From Heptranchias perlo (Eukaryota), in assembly GCF_035084215.1 (NCBI RefSeq), contig NC_090364.1:12524001-12588000 (forward strand): DNA of 64,000 bases. The letters are read 5' to 3'. The notes under the pieces were generated by a model, which saw nothing but the letters and a program-made list of their open reading frames with translations, did not search any database and was not told the origin of the DNA. Position numbers and translations under genes: made by a program. Positions 62,101-64,000 of this stretch are shown here, piece after piece. The first letter of the stretch is position 1, and each line of letters starts with the position of its first letter.

Positions 62101-62228
62101 GTCGATGCCCACGTAGCCCAGTAACTGGGAGCCCACAGCCGATGGTTTCATGGGCACCACTGGCTTCGGCTTAGCGTCCTGTACCACATCCGACATCCCG
62201 GATCCCAATTTTTTCTCTTCTTCTAAAC
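44019..62228 (-). CDS. SEPTIN3: Neuronal-specific septin-3; complement(join(44019..44145,44948..44999,48197..48293,50235..50330,51997..52114,54960..55097,56549..56630,58903..59031,62034..62228)); 5' exon not found
   Basis: Spliced product has septin G1 GQSGLGKS, G3 DTPG, G4 AKAD and SEPT3-specific segments ([55 protein letters not shown]). All introns GT-AG with consistent phases. Confidence 0.95.
44150..44915. repeat. AG-rich low-complexity tract filling the last SEPTIN3 intron
   Basis: Strong purine bias on the plus strand. Confidence 0.85.
44948..44999 (-). CDS. SEPTIN3: SEPTIN3 exon ([17 protein letters not shown])
   Basis: Acceptor tttccttccag, donor AG|gtaac; septin unique element. 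Confidence 0.9.
45830..46203 (+). mobile_element. DeuSINE copy with internal deletion
   Basis: Head and 3' half match the other copies. Confidence 0.75.
46205..46310 (+). mobile_element. Penelope-type terminal remnant (second family; other pieces near 5615-5682, 14715-14780, 19745-19850, 42160-42250)
   Basis: CCTGATGAAGGG...GAAA...GATGCTGCCCGACCTGCCGAGTATTCCAGC. Confidence 0.5.
47181..47398. repeat. 28-bp minisatellite TGGACATCAGGCAAGGACATTAGGCACG (~8 copies)
   Basis: Direct reading. Confidence 0.9.
48197..48293 (-). CDS. SEPTIN3: SEPTIN3 exon ([10 protein letters not shown]...RKTPWGIIE)
   Basis: Acceptor tatcccacag, donor G|gtgagt. Confidence 0.95.
48452..49224. mobile_element. Longer copy of the same MITE family
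   Basis: Ends GGGCCAGAACTTGCTC and GAGTAATTTCTGGGCC; shared internal sequence. Confidence 0.65.
49795..50186 (+). mobile_element. DeuSINE copy
   Basis: Matches the other copies. Confidence 0.75.
50235..50330 (-). CDS. SEPTIN3: SEPTIN3 exon ([32 protein letters not shown])
   Basis: Acceptor catgtcag, donor AGG|gtgagt. Confidence 0.95.
51997..52114 (-). CDS. SEPTIN3: SEPTIN3 exon ([12 protein letters not shown]...[18 protein letters not shown])
   Basis: Read directly from sequence (absent from the ORF track). Acceptor tctcattgcag, donor AGG|gtgagt. Confidence 0.95.
52902..53250 (+). mobile_element. DeuSINE copy with deletions
   Basis: Matches the other copies. Confidence 0.75.
54270..54885 (-). 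mobile_element. Decayed CR1 fragment
   Basis: AGGCCATTCGGCCC terminus; GAAGAAGTTTCTCCT. Confidence 0.7.
54960..55097 (-). CDS. SEPTIN3: SEPTIN3 exon (CWEPIEKYI...[15 protein letters not shown])
   Basis: Acceptor ctgttgtag, donor TC|gtacgt. Confidence 0.95.
55318..56272. repeat. 38-bp minisatellite TACCTGGGAGTGAGTCACATATAGAATAACAGATGCTA (~25 copies)
   Basis: Direct reading. Confidence 0.95.
56549..56630 (-). CDS. SEPTIN3: SEPTIN3 exon ([27 protein letters not shown])
   Basis: Acceptor tttgttacag, donor TG|gtacgt. Confidence 0.95.
57100..58180. repeat. 35-bp minisatellite CAGGATAACACAGGCTGGAGTGTATCACATGTATA (~30 copies)
   Basis: Direct reading. Confidence 0.95.
58903..59031 (-). CDS. SEPTIN3: SEPTIN3 exon, P-loop ([15 protein letters not shown]...TVGH)
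   Basis: Acceptor tatttctag, donor G|gtgagg. Confidence 0.95.
59080..60168 (+). mobile_element. CR1 fragment interrupted by a minus-strand LINE 3' end (59325-59594)
   Basis: [15 protein letters not shown] before the insert, and the LVRPHLEYC-type region resumes near 59600. Confidence 0.85.
60870..61623. mobile_element. hAT-type MITE split by a CR1 insertion (~60995-61480, minus strand)
   Basis: TIRs CAGGGTTGCCAAC and GTTGGCAACCCTA; perfect 8-bp TSD GTGTGTCT (60862-60869, 61624-61631). Confidence 0.8.
62034..62228 (-). CDS. SEPTIN3: SEPTIN3 exon ([23 protein letters not shown]...FNIMVV); internal ATG at 62196
   Basis: Acceptor ttttccttaag, donor G|gtgagt. Confidence 0.9.
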
Positions 62229-62529
62229 CTTAAGGAAAAATTGATAATAACAGAGTGTATTCCACATCTTGGCATCTTTTTATTGTCACTTTTCCTCCTC
62301 GCTATTGTAATCCCCTAAAGTAAGAATGGAGTGTGAGTGTGTGTGTGAGTGTGAGTGTGTCTGTAACAAGACAGTCCCATTCACAAGGAGAAGCTTTGTC
62401 AATTTAGAAGCATGCCACATTTCTAGTGTTCAATCTCTCTCCCCCTGCCCTGCAACATTTAAGATCTTCAGCAATAGTCATAGATGGCAAAAGGCCATTG
62501 GGCCCATCAAGTTCATCTGTCCAGTACCA

Positions 62530-62784
62530 ACTCACCCAGCCCAATTACCAATATCCGACTCACCCAGCCCAATATCCGACTCACCCAGCCCAATATCCGA
62601 CTCACCCAGCCCAATATCCGACTCACCCAGCCCAATATCCGACTCACCCAGCCCAATATCCGACTCACCCAGCCCAATATCCGACTCACCCAGCCCAATA
62701 TCCGACTCACCCAGCCCAATATCCGACTCACCCAGCCCAATATCCGACTCACCCAGCCCAATATCCGACTCACCCAGCCCAATA
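62530..62784. repeat. 21-bp near-perfect minisatellite ATATCCGACTCACCCAGCCCA (~12 copies)
   Basis: Direct reading. Confidence 0.95.
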
Positions 62785-63464
62785 CGCCATTCTGATACCA
62801 CTATACCATCTACATTACAAAGAACAATTGCAATAAAACAAAATGTCCGCGTTATAATGGCCAACGTCTGCGTGTCTGACTGATTGGCCCATAATTTGCT
62901 GGGAAAATAACGATGAGTTCAATGTGTTCACCGTCATCAATGCGTTCACCGTCATTAAATAACCCAGCAATCTGTGGTGAGGAAGAGATACCCCGTGAGT
63001 TGTGAATCGCCACAGATTGCTGGACGATTTGCGCCACTCCACTGTAAGCCTCGCGAGAACGGGAGATCACCCGCAACCTCCCCGTGAGTGTCAAGAAATT
63101 GCTGCTTTTGTGCTGCTGAAACAAATTAAACTCAATGCAAAAAGTTAGGGCTGGTACTTAACGACATAAGGACCCTTTCAATGCTGAGATTTATGTTCCT
63201 GCAATGCCACTGACCTTTCCGGCCCAAAAAGGGAACAATTGAAACTGTGGCGTCTCATTCCTGTAGGAGGTAAACTGTTCCTCGAGGTTTTTAAAATTTA
63301 AATCTTTTTTCTCACTTTTCCTTTCTATCGCTTTTCTCTCTATCTCCTTTAATCCAATCTTTCTTTCCCTCTCTTTATTTCTCCTTCTGTATCGAATTAG
63401 ATTCGAAATCACCCTGTTTCCTTCTCCGTCGTTTGCTCTGCTCCTTTCTCTATCCTTAAATTTC

Positions 63465-64000
63465 ATAAGAACATAAGAAATAGGAGCAGGAGTAGGCCAA
63501 TCGGCCCCTCGAGCCTGCTCCGCCATTCAATAAGATCATGGCTGATCTGATCCTAACCTCAAATCTAAATTCATGTCCAATTTCCTGCCCGCTCCCCGTA
63601 ACCCCTAATTCCCTTTACTTCTAGGAAACTGTCTATTTCTGTTTTAAATTTATTTAATGATGTAGCTTCCACAGCTTCCTGGGGCAGCAAATTCCACAGA
63701 CCTACTACCCTCTGAGTGAAGAAGTTTCTCCTCATCTCAATTTTGAAAGAGCAGCCCCTTATTCTAAGATTATGCCCCCTAGTTCTAGTTTCACCCATCC
63801 TTGGGAACATCCTTACCACATCCACCCGATCAAGCCCCTTCACAATCTTATATGTTTCAATAAGATCGCCTCTCATTCTTCTGAACTCCAATGAGTAGAG
63901 TCCCAATCTACTCAACCTCTCCTCATATGTCCACCCCCTCATCCCCGGGATTAACTGAGTGAACCTTCTTTGTACTGCCTCGAGAGCAAGTATGTCTTTT
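63465..64000 (-). mobile_element. Young CR1 3' portion continuing beyond the window
   Basis: YEERLSRLGLYSLEFRRMRGDLIETYKI...[15 protein letters not shown]. Confidence 0.9.

Overview
Vertebrate genomic DNA, very likely a cartilaginous fish (inferred from the DeuSINE, CR1, L2 and Penelope repeat content). Two convergent multi-exon genes can be built from splice signals. (1) Minus strand 44019-62228: nine coding exons of SEPTIN3, with the first exon outside the window or not found. (2) Plus strand 11642-29380: a six-exon, 364-aa immunoglobulin-superfamily receptor that no single ORF reveals. Its layout is leader / germline-joined VJ domain (YYC...FGTG) / short C1-like domain / transmembrane / two cytoplasmic exons, ending in a 6-aa tandem repeat and an ITIM (VLYSTL). 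All exon phases fit. This antigen-receptor-like inhibitory receptor is the main candidate for an undescribed system. The rest comprises an interstitial degenerate telomeric array beside an assembly gap, many LINE/SINE/MITE insertions (several nested), a Penelope-derived 88-bp inverted repeat with hammerhead-like cores, and minisatellites carrying AP-1 or splice-site motifs. No database search was possible, so family names come from motif recognition.
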